Below are positions 61,036-64,000 of a stretch of DNA of 64,000 nucleotides, piece by piece. Where the stretch lies: the NCBI RefSeq assembly GCF_009914755.1, contig NC_060925.1. One strand, given 5' to 3'. The notes under the pieces were generated by a model, which was not told the origin of the DNA, ran no database searches, and worked only from the letters and a program-made list of their open reading frames with translations. Numbering within the stretch: position 1 is the stretch's first letter; each line of letters begins with the position of its first letter. The stretch is from the human T2T-CHM13v2.0 reference genome, Homo sapiens. A program made the translations under genes and the position numbers.

Positions 61036-64000
61036 GACCGAGCTATAAAATAAGTATTACAAAAAAAAAAGATTAGGAAAACAAATACAAATTTACTTTT
61101 AAAACTATGTGTTTTTGTTGTTTGTTTCTAACTGAAGATTGGCTTAAAATTACTGGAAATTGGTACTTAACCCTATAATATTTTCAGGCATAGTTCTGAC
61201 CTAGTCAGGTGCTTCTTAAATAATTCCTTCCATGGCGAAATGAGTCCCAGGCTTGAAATACCTGAGCATAGCTGAGAATAGGTAAGTAACAGCACCTGGA
61301 TGGAAAACATTTTCTCTTTTTAAGAGAGAAGACTTTCTTTCTTAAATACAATAAAAATAAACCCATTACTTATAAAATGTTCTTGCTTTATATATTTTAT
61401 AATAAATTGGTATTTTAAAAATATAACCCATTTTTCACTTGATAGAGCCCACAATCACTGACCCATCCTCCCCAAACACCAAAGTTCAGTTAATAAAAAG
61501 GATTTCCAATCAGGTGAATAAAAACTGAAAAATTCTAATAGCTAAAGTTACGCCACTTCACTTCTTATGACATATTTAAATCAAATAAAGGGTAATGTGA
61601 CATTTTAAGATTAAGGGAAATAAGGTACAGCAAACAGAATAGGGGAACATAAATACAGAGGAAAATGTACAAATTTCCAGAAGGGAAAAACCATGAACAA
61701 CGAAATCCCCAAGGAGTTTCAAAATAGTTTCATCTCTGGGCTAAAAGTAATTTTGAGGTATCCAGTAACCTTTAAAAGATATTTAACATAGAGATGTTAA
61801 GTTAAATAAGACATGTATTGCCTCACCTCCCTTCACCCGCTTCAGGGGGAAGCCCTCCCCACAGTCCCTGCTGAGAGGGCAGTGCACATATGACTATGCC
61901 TCTTGCCAAGAGGCACAGTCAAGCTCTGGGCCCCAGTTCAGCTACAATCCATGCTCATCACAAGATGTGACTCGTATAGTGTGGGTTGCAAAGAGGAACT
62001 GGACTAATCAGGTTTTCTTTCTCTCTCGGGAATTTAAACTAAAGGGATATAGTTGATGTCCTGAAAGGTCACGCAGAGATGGGGCTGTGGTAGTCATTAT
62101 GAGGTAGCTGAGGGTCAGAAGAAGCCAACCAGGTAAAAATGAACCAACGGGATACAAAGAGAAGTAGATAAACATGAAAGGGAAATACCAGAGAAATTCC
62201 TAATACTACCTTAGTTCCTGTTCATTCTGGGACCTCACAGTTTAATTCTTTGATTCCCATCAAAATTCTAGGTATTACAGTAACTCTCTTTTAGTATAAC
62301 AAACATCAATATTTTTAATATTTTTGAATATTAGAAAGGAGAAAAATATAAAGTGCATCTCTCATTCTAAAATACGGCAATAACCTCTATTATATATTAA
62401 TATTGGTTCTTTATATGCTTTCAGAAAGTAAAAGTATTAAATAAATCCAATAACCTAATTTATATTCAGTTCATATTTATCCAACTTTAATATATTTCAT
62501 TGAATCTGTTCATAATTTTAGGATACATAATTACTTAGTACACCACTAAAAAAGAATTAAACTATGACACAATGCTTCTTATCACATAAAATTTCCCTAC
62601 AATATCACCTTCTGGGCCATCAAGACCATTCATGCCACAGCACTTAAGAGTACTGCAGTATCGTTTCTGGGATTTTCCTTCAAAGCTACTAACGTCATTC
62701 TATAAATTTATATGCTGGTGCTTTCTTGATCTTACCAGATGGTATCAGCAGAAAGTTTCAGAAAACAACCAGGAAAACATTTAAAAACTCAACAGGTATA
62801 GTACCAGCAATGCACAGAAGTCTGCTGAAGCACTGACAATGTGAAAGTCTATGATCAAGTGCACTCATGTGCAGGCCAGGTCAACTACTTCACAAGTGCT
62901 TATAAGACACTATCCATTGCAAGATACACTGCAACTTTAGAAACATTAAAAATGTGAAAAACTGAAAAATTATGGGAATAATTAAGTCTATCTTCTAGAA
63001 ATTAAGAAAATGGAAATCAATATAAATTTTTAGATATAAAAGTTAATGCCATATCAGTAAAAGGCATTATAATCTCAACAGAAATGTATGTTTTTTCCTG
63101 ATTTAAAAATGTACCTAAAATATATACATGTTTATATGAATAGGTTAGTGTATATACATGATTACTTGCTTTTATTTAATTTAGATATATTGAAAAACAT
63201 TTCACATGAGCTCTCACTCTTTAATAGCTGTATGGCATACTGCTACATGTAAATATTACATATATAGCATTATATTATAGTTTACTATGTAGCCAATCTC
63301 TTATTTTTGAATAGATTGTTTCTAGCTTTTTATTATCATAAACAAAGCTACAATTAACACCCTTATACTACTTGCCCCTTTATCTTATTACTTCCTTGAA
63401 GTAGAAATTGCCGTTATTTCATAAGGTAGGTTTTACATATTTCTTGTTAGGTTTACTCCAAGGCGCTTTATATTTTTGCCATTATTATGAATGGGATTTT
63501 GTTTTCCGTAACATATTCTAGGATTTAAAACTGGTATATAGTAGGCACATAGGAAGTGGATTTCTTTTGATATAATAATCATATATCTAAACTTCTGAGC
63601 TTTTTTATTATTTTGTTTTGAATTTCCCAGATATAATACTCTATAATCTACAAATAACAAAAATTCTGAATTATCTTATCCAATATTCATACAATTTCCA
63701 TTATTCTATCTAATTGTATCAGTTTGCACTAACAGAACAACATCAGTTGTGGTGATGGGGACACTTTTGCTTTGTATATTAGGAAGTATTCACCTCTTCC
63801 TAACAGAAATATTGAATTTAATTGAATGACTTTCAGTCATTTTTAATGTCAACTGAAGAGATGATTGCACGGTATTTTCTTTAAATTTTTTCTAATATTT
63901 AAAGTACCCAGAAACAAAGAATATATAACATGAGGTTATAGCCAACAACCAGATATAAATAGTATACTGTATATATCCTTTTGTAACTTTGCTTTTTCCT

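Noticed and set aside
61043-64000. LYST promoter or non-coding exon 2
   Set aside because: No CpG island or convincing exon here; upstream exons should lie beyond the right edge

Overview
This is primate (human-type) genomic DNA. It contains the 5' half of LYST (lysosomal trafficking regulator, the Chediak-Higashi gene) on the minus strand. Eighteen coding exons can be spliced by hand into one open frame from the ATG at 61035 ([12 protein letters not shown]...) to the donor at 795. That is 5922 nt, codons 1-1974; the gene continues off the left edge. I number these exons 3-20 from memory of the reference transcript, and the non-coding exons 1-2 should lie right of the window. The introns are AT-rich and filled with Alu, L1, L2, MIR, MER and MaLR repeats, which explain most of the small ORFs in the track. 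I found no new gene system. The best leads are post-transcriptional and regulatory: (1) exon blocks bracketed by inverted Alu pairs, three of them phase-symmetric, giving candidate stop-free circRNAs; (2) a GC donor at exon 19; (3) an exon-12 read-through truncated isoform; (4) a consensus U1 site sitting on the exon-10 branch region; (5) a tailless Alu fragment fused to the exon-15 donor; (6) a pre-miRNA-sized hairpin in intron 20; (7) CTCF and NF-Y/palindrome motifs in intron 14. Repeat boundaries and subfamily calls are by eye and approximate.
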